63,984 nucleotides of DNA, filler included, from Octopus bimaculoides (GCF_001194135.2; 7 parts of 5 records of this genome joined end to end with filler, not necessarily neighbours in it), one strand, 5' to 3'; counted from the whole stretch's first letter, positions 13,731-25,683 are shown. Notes: a model not told the origin generated them from the sequence alone. Made by a program: numbers and translations.

Positions 13731-13968
13731 ATTGTCTTCTCTTTTCCTCAACTAAATTGATTACTATTCACTCAGTGAGGCTTATAACATGCCTACTGGA
13801 TCATATCTTGGATTTAACATTTTTGTTTTCAAGTATAAATAATCTTCCTTGATTACTGGAACACTACGCCCGCCAGCTTTCTACATGAAGTGTCGATAAA
13901 GTGATCGCCCGGAGTATACTTACTCCCCCCACCCACCACCAATTATTATTGATATAATATATGTATGA

Positions 13969-14115
13969 TTACAACGGGCTTCTATACAGTTTTCGTCAAC
14001 CGAATTCGCTCAGAAGGCATCAGTCGAGCCGGAGTTATAGTAGAAGACGTTTGCCCATGGTGTCATGCTCGAAATCACGTGGTTGCAAAAGCAAGCTTCT
14101 TAACCGCACAACCAT
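13969..14115 (-). mobile_element. SINE family A, diverged 5' half
   Basis: ACAACGGGCTTCT...TATAGTAGAAGAC-TTTGCCCA...AAGCAAGCTTCTTAACC matches the family A head and body on the minus strand. Confidence 0.6.
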
Positions 14116-14139
14116 TCCAGCACCTAAAAATACGGTATC

Positions 14140-14212
14140 AAGATCTATTGAGATTCGAACTCTGATTGCAAGATTTAGAGTCCAGAGTGCTAACCAATTA
14201 CGCCATAGAACC
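14140..14212 (-). pseudogene. tRNA-Gln-derived pseudogene with anticodon CTA
   Basis: GGTTCTATGGCGTAATTGGTTAGCACTCTGGACTCTAAATCTTGCAATCAGAGTTCGAATCTCAATAGATCTT aligns by eye along its length to metazoan tRNA-Gln(CTG). A and B boxes are present; acceptor, anticodon and T stems carry mismatches. Confidence 0.7.
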
Positions 14213-14417
14213 CATACACTAGATATTCGTTTTTTTCTTCTTCTTTCTATTCTTTTACTGGTTTAGTCTATGAACTATTGTCTTGCTAGGGTACCACCGT
14301 CAAGAGTTTCAAGTCGAGTATATTGATCATTAGTGTTATTTCCGCCTTGTACTTATTTCATCGATAACTATCGAATCGCTAAGTTATTTATGCTTATTTT
14401 ATCTTTTATTCCTTTAG

Positions 14418-14621
14418 CCCTGAAGTGCAAGCAATCTTTGATAAATACCAAAAGACGATGGTACGTCGATTGAACAAAGGAGATGCCATCAAATTGTTTT
14501 TGGACGAATTCGGTCTGAATGACGAACAAGCAGAAAGCATGTTTGAAATGTTCGACAGAGACCATAACGGCGAGTTGAGCTTATGGGAGTTCCACCAGTT
14601 CTATACTATGATCGGAAACCA
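14418..14621 (+). CDS. EF-hand calcium-binding protein, exon 2
   Basis: Acceptor cttttattcctttAG, donor GTAAGT, 204 nt, phase 2-2. Reads PEVQAIFDKYQKTMVRRLNKGDAIKLFLDEFGLNDEQAESMFEMFDRDHNGELSLWEFHQFYTMIGN and contains a canonical EF-hand loop DRDHNGELSLWE. Confidence 0.93.
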
Positions 14622-15231
14622 GTAAGTAAGACCATTTCCATTTGTTGCAACACTATTATTATCCTTGTTGTTATTGTCGTTGTTCTCGTTAAGAAGTTCA
14701 CTACGCAGTCATGAAGTCTCGATTTCAATTCCGCTGCGTGACATCTTGGGCAAGCATAATTTCTATAGCCGCGGGTCGATTCATATCTTATGTCTGAAAT
14801 TGATTAGATGGGAACTGTGTGGAATTAGGCAGAAACTATGTGGAAACTGGTCGGATGAATTGTACTCGTAAAATATAGACCTGACCTTGCTCACACTGTG
14901 TCAGGTTGACTACGTGACTACGTAATTTTGGGATACTCAGCCACTTAAATGCTAATTGTATAGGCGCGTGGTTTAGTAGTTAGAGTGTTGGACTCATGAT
15001 GGTAAGATTGTAAAAGCCAGTCGTGTATATATATATATATAAGTTTAGCTGAGTTAGAGGTTGAAAAAACCGTCTAAGGAAAAAAATATCCATTATACTA
15101 CCGGTATATTTCCCATGTTTAACCATGGGCATACATATGCAAGCATATTATGTTCATAAATTATAGGTAAAGACAAGGATAAGCGTGAGATTATCAGGAA
15201 TTAAATTTAAAGAAAGTAAGAAAACAGAGAC

Positions 15232-15661
15232 ATATTGAAGAACAACAATTAACTGACATCAATTATCATTTACTAATTCAATACAAATTGACTACATCCC
15301 ATCTAACAGCTGTTTCTGCTTCCAATGTTATATGGTATTGAGAGTGAAGAATAAATGAATAAAAAGAGACACACAAGCAATATGTTATGATTATAAACAT
15401 ATTCAGCCTTTCCTTTATCTTCTCTAGGCGCTTCTTTTTTCTTTTTCCTTTTTTTTATTTATTTATTCATTCATTCTTCACTCTGATGAAGCTCCATGTT
15501 TCAGATCGGTTTCATTACCAAATATGATGAATATTTTTTAGCATATCAACGGCAATACCATATAACATTGGAAGCAGAAACAGCTGTTAGATGAGATATA
15601 GTCTATTTGTATTGAATTAATAAATAATAATTGATGTAAGTCAATTGTTGTTCTTCAATAT
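15232..15661. mobile_element. Inverted pair of Penelope-like terminal repeats with a hammerhead-like core
   Basis: 15232-15340 is the reverse complement of 15553-15661 with a few mismatches; 15341-15360 pairs with about 15465-15484. The + copy contains CTGATGA...GAAACAGCTGTT. Confidence 0.65.
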
Positions 15662-16646
15662 TTCTCCATTTGCTGTCTTCATTATATATGTATATAAAAT
15701 GTATGTATGTGCGTCCGTGTGAGTGGGTGCGCGAGCGTGTGATTTTTAAAATCACTTTGAAACATATTTTTTGAATAATTCTATACGAAGTGCGTCAGCG
15801 ATTCTTTTACTGTCCATGTGACGTGCACCAGAAATGTTTTTACTTTCCTTGCAAAGTCCGCAGATAATGTTTACTTGATCGCCAATACTCTGTGAAATCA
15901 AAAAGACTAAGAACAAGTGGAATACAGACAACCTCATTTTCAAGATTTCCATCAATTTTGTTAGGCTTTGACAGCAAAGCCTACCAGTATCTTTTGCTAG
16001 AAGTGTTCTTCTCTGAAATCTCAAACTTCCATTACGTTTCCAACTTAATAAATCACTATTCGTTTGTTATCTTCAAGACTAAAGAAATATTTACTTCTCT
16101 TCTCTTCTCTTTAAAGTGAACTCTGAGAGTTTTCTTTTTTCATCCATGAAACAAGTTATGGCAGTTGCTTCTCATCGGAAGTGTATAACAGCTGTAAACG
16201 AAGGATATGGCTTGTTAGATTCATTAACACGCGAGAGTATTTATTCAAGCTATTTTTACTCTTCGTTCAACGCCTTTCGTGCCGTGAATAAGCAGAATTA
16301 TTATAGTGCCTTTCGGTTTTAGTTCTGGCTTTTTACGTTGTTTTGTAGAGTTGACTTTATTCTCGTCGCCCGATTTAACACCACCGTCAGGTCCTTGGAT
16401 GGGTGCCTTTAGCGGACTTCATTCTGTAACAAGCATTCGAAAAATATTCATTCCTATACAATCGTAAACGTATGGCAGTTATAAATCCTAAATGCTAAGT
16501 GTTATTCATGCATGTATATAGAAATAAGGAAATATTTGCTATTATGTAAGTGTATAAGAGTTCCAAATATTTGGTCATCGTTACATTAATAACAAATTGA
16601 TTTTAAAATACGTGGAAGAAAAACTGGTATTTTGTCTTAGTATCAG

Positions 16647-16685
<39 letters not shown>

Positions 16686-16686
<1 letters not shown>

Positions 16687-17051
16687 GTTTCAAATTTCGG
16701 CACAAGGCCAGCAGGATTGGGGGATTAAATCGACCCCACTTTTCTACTGGTACTTATTTTATCAATCCCGAAAGGATGGAAGGCAAAATCGACCTCGGCG
16801 GAATTTGAACTCAGAAGGTAAAACCGGAAGAGATACTGCTAAGCGTTAATAATAATAATAAAGGCACAAGGCTTGAAATTTTGTGGGAGGGGACCAGTTG
16901 ATTGCATCAACTCCAGTGTTTCATTGTTACTTAATTTATCGACCCCGAAAGGATGAAAGGCAAAGTCGACATCGTTGGAATTTGAACTCAAAACGTACAG
17001 ACAGACGAAATACCACTAAGCATTTTTCCCGGCGTTCTAGCGATTCTGCCA
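16686..17051 (-). mobile_element. Two head-to-tail SINE family B copies with (ATT)n tails
   Basis: Reverse complements at about 16686-16848 and 16862-17051, each abutting an (AAT)n run. Confidence 0.8.
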
Positions 17052-17707
17052 ATAGTAATACAAGAAGCCAACATAGACAATCAGTATTATTTTGTTACAT
17101 CTCGTTTTGGGTTTTGTTAAAGAGATTTTTGCTAGTGCCAGCAGACGAGCCAAATGAAAAGGTCACATTCTGCCGTACTTCACATTTGCAGAAAGTTTTT
17201 TTGCCATTCTTTACGTTCTTTGAGATAATAAAAGAAAACTGCTTGATGCATAGGCTTGAGTTTATGTGTGCTGACATACCTAATGATAATACAACTTCCT
17301 TATTTACTCATAGTTCTATAAACAATAGGTACGTTTCATGAAAAACCTCGATATAGTCACTCGTCTCTCTATTGAGGAGATACACAGCTGCGTCTGCTGT
17401 AAAAAAAGAGGAGAGATGGCGGTGATGAAATGTCAAAGTATACTCTCGAGGTACAAAAAGATGAAGTTTCATACTGCTACGACTTGCAAGCGAGTTCTGT
17501 GAAGAATGAAGCAACATAGAACTTGAGTCCTGAATGATTTATTATACTACTGCTTTGCTCCTGGTCACTCCGCTGTCCACCGTCCTTGTGGCCTGCTTCT
17601 CGAAAAAGCTTGCCCATGCCTGATCTAGACTATTTGTTCTCAAAATTTCTATATAAAATAAGAGACTTCATAGATCGTAGATAAATCCTTATAACCTTGC
17701 AGTGAAT

Positions 17708-17798
<91 letters not shown>

Positions 17799-18469
17799 AG
17801 AGAGAGTGGGGTCCTATCGCTTTTTCCAGACATAAAAATAGATTTAGTTCTGCATCTCAAGTTAGTGAAGTCCTTGTTAATCATACAATTCTCTCATTGC
17901 TTACAGCTGTGAACTGCGTGTACTGAGAGCAGCCAAAGAACTCGCTTTCTTATAAGCCGAGTAACACTGACGCTGATGAGTTGATAGCATCCTGTTAGTT
18001 CTCTTAACATTAATTAGGTACCGTTGTATTAAATAACTCATTACCGTAACGTTTCATTCGTTGGCCGAGCTTATTTGGGATCCAGATGTGCGATATAGCG
18101 GAATGAACTTAAACTGAATTATACTTTACCAACCATAACGTACCTATTAGCATTCTTTAAACAAGGATATCTTTTCACTATTTAATGCAAATAAAGTTTT
18201 CGCACTTCGTACTATAGCTCGTCGTACTGTAGTTTGTCGGTTAATCTAGCTACGAATAATTTCTATTTCAATTTTTTTCTACGATAAGCTTTTGACTATC
18301 TTTCGTCACTACATTAAATACATCCATTAATTATCTAGTTGTTACATTTCAAATACATCACAGATCTCAACCCTCAAGCTAGAGAAATAAAATGGTAATC
18401 TTGAAATGATTACTCGATAGTGTGCGTAGCTCGGAGATCAAGAAGTCTCTACAGGTCGAGCCGCTACTT

Positions 18470-18645
18470 CTCCACATTGAAAAGCCACAGCTCCGATACT
18501 ACTGACATGTGATTAGAATGTCTCAGGAAAGAATCGCAAGATGGACTCTTCACGCAGAGCTAGCCAGCAGGAGATCTATGGGCAAGCCAAGAACGAGATG
18601 GTTGGATAAAGTCCAGTCTCTGTTGGTCGTGCTTGGGAATCCAGG
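18470..18645 (+). mobile_element. Non-LTR retrotransposon (RTE-like) ORF2 C-terminal fragment
   Basis: HVIRMSQERIARWTLHAELASRRSMGKPRTRWLDKV matches the GHVxRM...R..GRPR.RW motif. Confidence 0.65.
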
Positions 18646-18666
18646 TGGAAATTATAATGATGATCG

Positions 18667-18734
18667 CTACTATAGCCTCGGGCCAACCAAAGCCTTGTGA
18701 GTGGATTTGGTAGACGGAACCTGAAAAAAGCCTG

Positions 18735-18767
<33 letters not shown>

Positions 18768-19017
18768 NNNNNNNNNNNNNNNNNNNNNNNNNNNNNNNNN
18801 NNNNNNATATATGTTTGTGTGTCTGTGTTTGTTCCCCCACCATCGCTTGACAACCGATGCTGGTGTGTTTATGTCCTCGAAGCTTATAGGGTCGGCAAAA
18901 AAGAGACCGATGGAATAAGTACTAGGCTTACAAAGAATAAGTCCTGGGGTTGATTTGTTCGACTAAAGGCGGTGCTCCAGCATGGCCACAGTCAAATGAC
19001 TGAAACTAATAAAAGAA
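18667..19017 (+). mobile_element. SINE family A, 5'-truncated
   Basis: CTATAGCCTCGGGCCAACCAAAGCCTTGTGAG..., an internal (TA)n containing a gap, and the complete tail. Confidence 0.85.
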
Positions 19018-20919
19018 ATGAAAGAATATGCTCGCCTCGTCCATTGTAACAGTGAGACTGGCAGAATCGTTAAAGCATCGGACAAAATACTTTGCAGTAT
19101 TTTGTTGCAGTCCTTTACATTCCTAGTTCAAACCCCGCTGAAATTGACTACGACTTTCACCCTTTCAGGTGTCGGCCAAATAGCGTACCAATCAACTACT
19201 GCATCAATTTTCTCGAGTATATCCCTTTCCAAAAGATATGGCCTTGTGCCAGTGTTAGAGATTATATCTGTGAGACATTGACAGTTTCTTCAAAGTTCTC
19301 ACGCACATTTTGTGTAATGTAACATAAATGCAATCTGATTTATCGAAGTTAAGATCTTAGTTATCGAGATTTTCCCTGATAACGTCGACTTTTCTGTCAA
19401 CAATTTTATCTTGGAACCATGTTTAGATATGATGAATAAGAGATATCACTCGTTGAGTTTTATCGATAACATTCGCTCAGTTGATATCTCTTGATATGAT
19501 CCGAAGTTAATGGCAACTCTTTGATAAGACAACCGCCAACAGTGTCGAGAATTTCTGAGCTACGATAATGTCATGGGAAAATGTAGAGGATGTGACTTGC
19601 GTACAGTTTATTACTTTAAGAAGGACAATTGTGTCATAAGGAAATATATAGAAATTAAGAAGGAGAACGTAGATAACTTACGTTCTCGATTATTATTAGA
19701 TGTATTCGTAAAATAAGAAAGAATGTTAATTCCTTAATACACACAAGCGCTAGTCATGTTTTGTAACTAGTTCTTAGTTCTTTAATATACACAGGAGCCA
19801 GGCATAAAGTTACGGTATTTGAAAGACTGACAGATATAGTGTAATTTGTCAGAAAGTTATTTTTGTACAGCGTTCAACAACACTATCGTCTTTTTTTTTT
19901 TTTACCTTTCGGTTTGCGTTTAAAATTCCAAAACCACATATTTCTGTCAAACGCTAAACGCCTTTGAACTATTTCTGGCGGACAAATTTATTTTTGTTTT
20001 CATTTCTCTGACAAATTCTAGACAACTTCGATAGCTTCTACAAATTTTGAGGGACCACCAAACTTGACTTTAGAATATAAATAGAACACTTGTCAGACAT
20101 TCCTCACTTTAGCTCAAGAGAAACGAACATGATTTTTGCATGCTGACAAGCTATTTAAAATAGACGTTACTATTTAAAGTAGGGATGCGAGATGTTTGTA
20201 AAACGAAACCAACAAAAAGGACATACACGAAAATTATTGCGAGGGGATATAACTCTTGAACAAGTTATAGCCAAGGGAGGCAACTTTCAGAGCATACTTG
20301 GATATTAAACACCTTATAATGGCAGATAAAAGGCCAAACTTTACTCAAATAAAATTCCACCGAGATAAACTCTACCTTTCATCTCTCCGTAGTCGAGTTT
20401 TAGAGTAGATTTAATTGTCTAACCTCTCCTCTTTGAAAAAGTTTCCGGCCTTGTATCTACATTAGAAACAGTCATTTCGTTCTGTCACTTTATATTATGA
20501 GATCCTAAAAAACTTATAGAATAGGTTTTCCATTCGTCCACAGTTAAGAAGAACGTCCATAAGTTCTACAAATGTTACCTGAAATCAGATAACATTTTTC
20601 TTTTTTTCAAAGAAGTTAATCAGAAGAGGTTAAGAGGAGTATCTATGATTATGCAGGGCTTTCCCAATTGGTTGGGAGAAGGGAGAAGGAAAAAACTATG
20701 CCTCGTGGGTTATTCACAAACTAGAGAAATTGGCTAAATGTTTGCGAAAGAGTGGACGTTACTACAGATATTCAAGGTCCGGATGAATGTATTTAACCGG
20801 GTTTGATGAACTTCAGCATGTCGTGGTCACTTATGGATAGAATGAAACTTGTTAATCGAATGAAATATCAACAGCAGTTTTTATAAGTCGATTCAAAGAA
20901 GTGCCTCGTCCAATACCAT

Positions 20920-21092
20920 TGGCAGCTTTGCAGACGTCCAGTAGTACCCTTCTGGCAGCTTTGCAAACGTCCAGTACACTTCTGGCAGCTTTGCAAACGT
21001 CCAGTACCCTTCTGGCAGCTTTGCAAACGTCCAGTAGTACCCTTCTGGCAGCTTTGCAAACGTCCAGTACCTTTCTGGCAGCTTTGCAAACG
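20920..21092 (+). repeat. Minisatellite of 30/33-bp units (5.5 copies)
   Basis: TGGCAGCTTTGCAAACGTCCAG(TAG)TACCCTTC in unit order 33, 30, 30, 33, 30, partial. Confidence 0.95.
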
Positions 21093-21459
21093 AAAGGTGC
21101 ATCCAATGAATTCCTCGAAATAGTAGGTCAAACCACACCTTACCATCTTAAATAGAGAGGGCTGCACATGCAGTGCCCAAGAAAAGTTGGAATAGTCATA
21201 GTCGGAATTCCCGCCTTTGTTCGTAGGTCTGCTAGTCAGAGCCATCCTGCTCGGCAAAAACACAGCAACAACAACAAAAACAAAATGGCGCTGATGTAAT
21301 TTGTTTCTAAAGTTCGAAACCATATAAATACCGGATCCGCGTATTTAAACTATTTACTAAGACTTTGATGTGTCTAATGATTATCTCCCTTCCTTTTTAT
21401 TTATCAAAATCATTAATGCTCTCCCCTGCCTCACTACGTCTCTTTCTTTCTTTGTTTAG

Positions 21460-21559
21460 TGCTCAAGACATGTTAACTCTGTTTGAAAAACTTGAAAAGG
21501 ATGAGAAAGGACATATCCAAATTGATGCAGCCTGGGAAGCTATGAGAACAATGAACACT
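21460..21559 (+). CDS. EF-hand calcium-binding protein, exon 3 (cut off by assembly gap)
   Basis: Long polypyrimidine acceptor tctttctttctttgtttAG. The split codon CA|T (His) continues the frame: AQDMLTLFEKLEKDEKGHIQIDAAWEAMRTMNT, with a degenerate EF loop EKDEKGHIQIDA. Runs into Ns at 21560. Confidence 0.88.
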
Positions 21560-22458
21560 NNNNNNNNNNNNNNNNNNNNNNNNNNNNNNNNNNNNNNNNN
21601 NNNNNNNNNNNNNNNNNNNNNNNNNNNNNNNNNNNNNNNNNNNNNNNNNNNNNNNNNNNNNNNNNNNNNNNNNNNNNNNNNNNNNNNNNNNNNNNNNNNN
21701 NNNNNNNNNNNNNNNNNNNNNNNNNNNNNNNNNNNNNNNNNNNNNNNNNNNNNNNNNNNNNNNNNNNNNNNNNNNNNNNNNNNNNNNNNNNNNNNNNNNN
21801 NNNNNNNNNNNNNNNNNNNNNNNNNNNNNNNNNNNNNNNNNNNNNNNNNNNNNNNNNNNNNNNNNNNNNNNNNNNNNNNNNNNNNNNNNNNNNNNNNNNN
21901 NNNNNNNNNNNNNNNNNNNNNNNNNNNNNNNNNNNNNNNNNNNNNNNNNNNNNNNNNNNNNNNNNNNNNNNNNNNNNNNNNNNNNNNNNNNNNNNNNNNN
22001 NNNNNNNNNNNNNNNNNNNNNNNNNNNNNNNNNNNNNNNNNNNNNNNNNNNNNNNNNNNNNNNNNNNNNNNNNNNNNNNNNNNNNNNNNNNNNNNNNNNN
22101 NNNNNNNNNNNNNNNNNNNNNNNNNNNNNNNNNNNNNNNNNNNNNNNNNNNNNNNNNNNNNNNNNNNNNNNNNNNNNNNNNNNNNNNNNNNNNNNNNNNN
22201 NNNNNNNNNNNNNNNNNNNNNNNNNNNNNNNNNNNNNNNNNNNNNNNNNNNNNNNNNNNNNNNNNNNNNNNNNNNNNNNNNNNNNNNNNNNNNNNNNNNN
22301 NNNNNNNNNNNNNNNNNNNNNNNNNNNNNNNNNNNNNNNNNNNNNNNNNNNNNNNNNNNNNNNNNNNNNNNNNNNNNNNNNNNNNNNNNNNNNNNNNNNN
22401 NNNNNNNNNNNNNNNNNNNNNNNNNNNNNNNNNNNNNNNNNNNNNNNNNNNNNNNNNN

Positions 22459-22493
<35 letters not shown>

Positions 22494-23039
22494 ATGTGTG
22501 TGTGTGTATACTTGTGTGTGTTTACAAAACCCTCCACAAAGACTTTGAGAGACATTCAGCAAACTGGCTGAAGACTCTATTGTAATAATTTTCTTCTCGA
22601 ATATTTACTATTAATATATCCTACATTTATATATATATACGTAATTAAAAAAAAAAACCTCATTGTATTGTTGTTTATGATTAAATAACATTTTTATACT
22701 GAATATGAGTTGTTTTCTTTTAGTTTGTTTATTTATTTATTCATTTATTTATTGTATTCGCCTAATATTTTTGTTTTGTATTGACTTGTATGATGGCAGG
22801 ATAGTTTAGTTTGGGTTGTTTTTTTAAAAATTAATATGACTAAACACACTATTCAGTTAAACTTTGAGTGCTACCTGGTTCTTAAATAACTTTACTATTT
22901 GCCTACCTTGACCATCTCTAGTTTCCTTGGATCCAGTTGTTTCACTTGCAGACTTGTTGACCATGAGGGATTTCATGAGGACAGTTTATCCTCAAAGATT
23001 ATTACATACGGTAAGCTGTACTTACTTAAGGAACATATA

Positions 23040-23550
23040 GTGCTAGGCCAATCATTGGAAAAACATTCAAGCGAAGTCGTTGCCAGTGCCGCTGGACTGG
23101 CTCCTGTGCAGGTGGCACGTGAAAAACACCATTTGAGCATGACTGTTGCCATTACAGCTTGTTGCTAACATTTTGACCAGATTCATCCTTTACTCCCTGA
23201 GTGAATTTTCCCTACAATAGCTGACCAGCAGATACTGAAAAAGAATATCCAATGACTGGCACCCGTGCATTATAATGGTGTTGATTGCCAGTGCCATACA
23301 ATTGGCACCCATGAATTGTAGTCATGGTTGTCGCCAGTGTCATGTAAATGGCACCCATGCCGGTGGCACGTAAAAAAACGCCTATTACACTCCTGAAGTG
23401 GTTGGTGTTATGAAGGGCATCCAACCATAGAAACCATGCCAAATCAAACTGGAACCTGGCGCAGCTTTCCAGCTTATCTGTTCCAGTCAAACTGTTTAAC
23501 CCATACCAGCACAGAGAGTAGACATTAAGTGATGATAATGATGATGATGA
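23040..23550 (+). mobile_element. RTE-associated 3' UTR remnant with (GAT)n tail
   Basis: GGCACGT-AAAA motifs and AAGGGCATCCA, ending ...AACCCATACCAGCA...GACATTAAGTGATGATAATGATGATGAT, similar to the tails at 13660 and 25684. Confidence 0.55.
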
Positions 23551-24305
23551 TCTTCAGATTTTCAGGCTAAGCATAAGCTTCACTCATCACCCAAATCTCA
23601 GGCCTTGTGCCTATAGTAGAAAGGATTATTATCAAGAAAGAAACTCAAAAAACTTTTTTTTTTCCATAGATACAATATTTATTTAAACTTTCTTGACACT
23701 ACAGGGAATAAATGATAAAAACACCACCAGTTCTGACAAGTCTCTTTTTTTTTTTTAAGAATAATGACATTAGAATTTATTATTCGACCATCTAAGATTA
23801 TTTATGTCTTTTAGTTCTGCAATAACAAATGTTATTTGACTCATATTATTACTTTTTCAAATTTTAAATGAAATTATCTAAATTAAAACATTTGAATAGT
23901 TGAAGCCAAGGTGACAGTCTGCAAAGGTGACCCTTTTGTTCCGTTTCTTTGTAATTACCATTATCCTGATACTGTCTGAATTGCAGAAAATATAACATGA
24001 TTTAAATGATAAAAATTATATTGCTTTTAAAACAAAAGAAATTTAATGAAGAAAGAAAAATACTGACTGAAATTTATAAATTTGTTGCTCTATGTACTTT
24101 AGTGCTCATTTTGAAAAGTTAAATAAATCGAAGAAACAGGTTTATTCTTCAGTGATTCATTCAAGGTAGGTACTTACACCCTGTGTTTCTATTCTCTACC
24201 TTCTCTTTAGGGTCTCTTTTATCTTCTATTTGTCTTCTAGCTTCTTTTTACTCCTGTTTATTACAGTATATTTTACTGCCTACAGTTAAATTTATTCCTC
24301 AAAAA

Positions 24306-24577
24306 TTACATATGTAAAAACAGATACCTGACCAATGACAAAATATCTGGAACAATAATTACTGAAGCTAGAACTGTAAACAAGACAACAGCCAGTACAC
24401 CAATAGCTTGAGATGAAGGTCTGTCATCCTTGGCACTTATTTTCTTGGCAATATACCTTGATGTTTCATTTTGTTTTACAGATAGTTCCTTACGGGTCTC
24501 CTGCATTCGTTTCTCAAAATGTTCAGGTGTTTCCACATAACAGGCACAGGGACATAAAGTTTCATTTTCAGTGGAAT
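24306..24577 (-). CDS. Terminal exon: CPCAC motif, juxtamembrane KKISAKDDRPSS, transmembrane helix, short tail
   Basis: Acceptor tatattctatttacAG. The split codon A|AT (Asn) joins the Thr-rich exon in frame: STENETLCPCACYVETPEHFEKRMQETRKELSVKQNETSRYIAKKISAKDDRPSSQAIGVLAVVLFTVLASVIIVPDILSLVRYLFLHM-stop. Confidence 0.9.
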
Positions 24578-24648
24578 CTGTAAATAGAATATAGATTTCT
24601 GAAACCAGATCAGAGTTACAAATTTTGAGGATGTGGTGTGGTCTAGAT

Positions 24649-25088
24649 CAGTGGTTCTTAACCTTTTTTTGTAGTCCCTACATATTTGAGCAGTTGTTAT
24701 GTCTAGTGTCCATCTAAGTGGTGAGCGAGGTTTCATGTCTAAACTGACTTAGCATGGATGATAATTTATAACTTTTACTCTAAAAATGGATTGTATAAGC
24801 TTTTAACAGAGAAATGATAAAAAATAAGAGACGAAAGTTGTAAATATACTTCATGCATTGCAAATTAATGACTTCCCCGTGCCTGATGAGATTTAATTTT
24901 ATTTTAATAACCATTTTAATAAGCATTACTTGTTTTATCATATATAATATAATTACTACTATAGGTAAAATTTTGCTTTGTAATTATGTTACCTAACTGC
25001 TTCACTCATTACTCCCTAAAGCCTAACGCCTTTTCAATATGCCCAGTGCTTCCTTGGGAATGGTAACTATGCATGTTGAGAACCTCTG
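24649..25088. mobile_element. hAT (Charlie-type) MITE
   Basis: TIRs CAGTGGTTCTTAAC and GTTGAGAACCTCTG. The 8-bp flanks GTCTAGAT and GTGTAAAA match at 5/8 and fit an NTNTANAN target. Confidence 0.75.
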
Positions 25089-25576
25089 GTGTAAAACATT
25101 ACATCAACATCCAGTATTTCATTTCTGCTTTATATTAGCAGCTTTGTAAGGATCAATGGTAAAGCTGGCACCAGCTGCATTTGAACTCAGAACATACACG
25201 AATGAGATGAATTATAGCAAGTTTTTTTTTCATCAGCAGCTCTACTGATTATGCAAATCCACAACCCTCAGTATAGGTATGTCTGCACAACTGTATGGTT
25301 TGATAGGCAATTCCTGTGTGTAACATCTTCAGCAAATAAATTTCTTCTACCATCTTCTGAAGTTGAACTATATGAAAGCATCTTGTATATAAGCAATAAT
25401 TTATCGGCATTTCCTATAAATGTGTGTGTGTGCTTGTACACACATATAGCTAGATATTTCTCTCTCTCTCTCTTTCTTTCTCTCTGTGAGTGTGTGTATG
25501 TATGCGTGTATGTAAGTATGTATGTGTACACATAAATATATGTGTAGTTTGTATGTGTATGTATATATATATACAC

Positions 25577-25619
<43 letters not shown>

Positions 25620-25683
25620 ATTATATATAGAGAGAGAGATTATATATATATGGGAAAAAAAGTCAAGGTAGAAAATGCTAAAA

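Noticed and set aside
17333-17396. Minus-strand micro-exon ADAAVYLLNRETSDYIEVFHET in EF-hand intron 2
   Set aside because: The acceptor is good but the donor is weak (GTACCT), and there is no partner exon or recognisable motif.
20920-21092. CRISPR-like array
   Set aside because: The repeats are contiguous with no unique spacers, there are no cas genes, and the context is eukaryotic.
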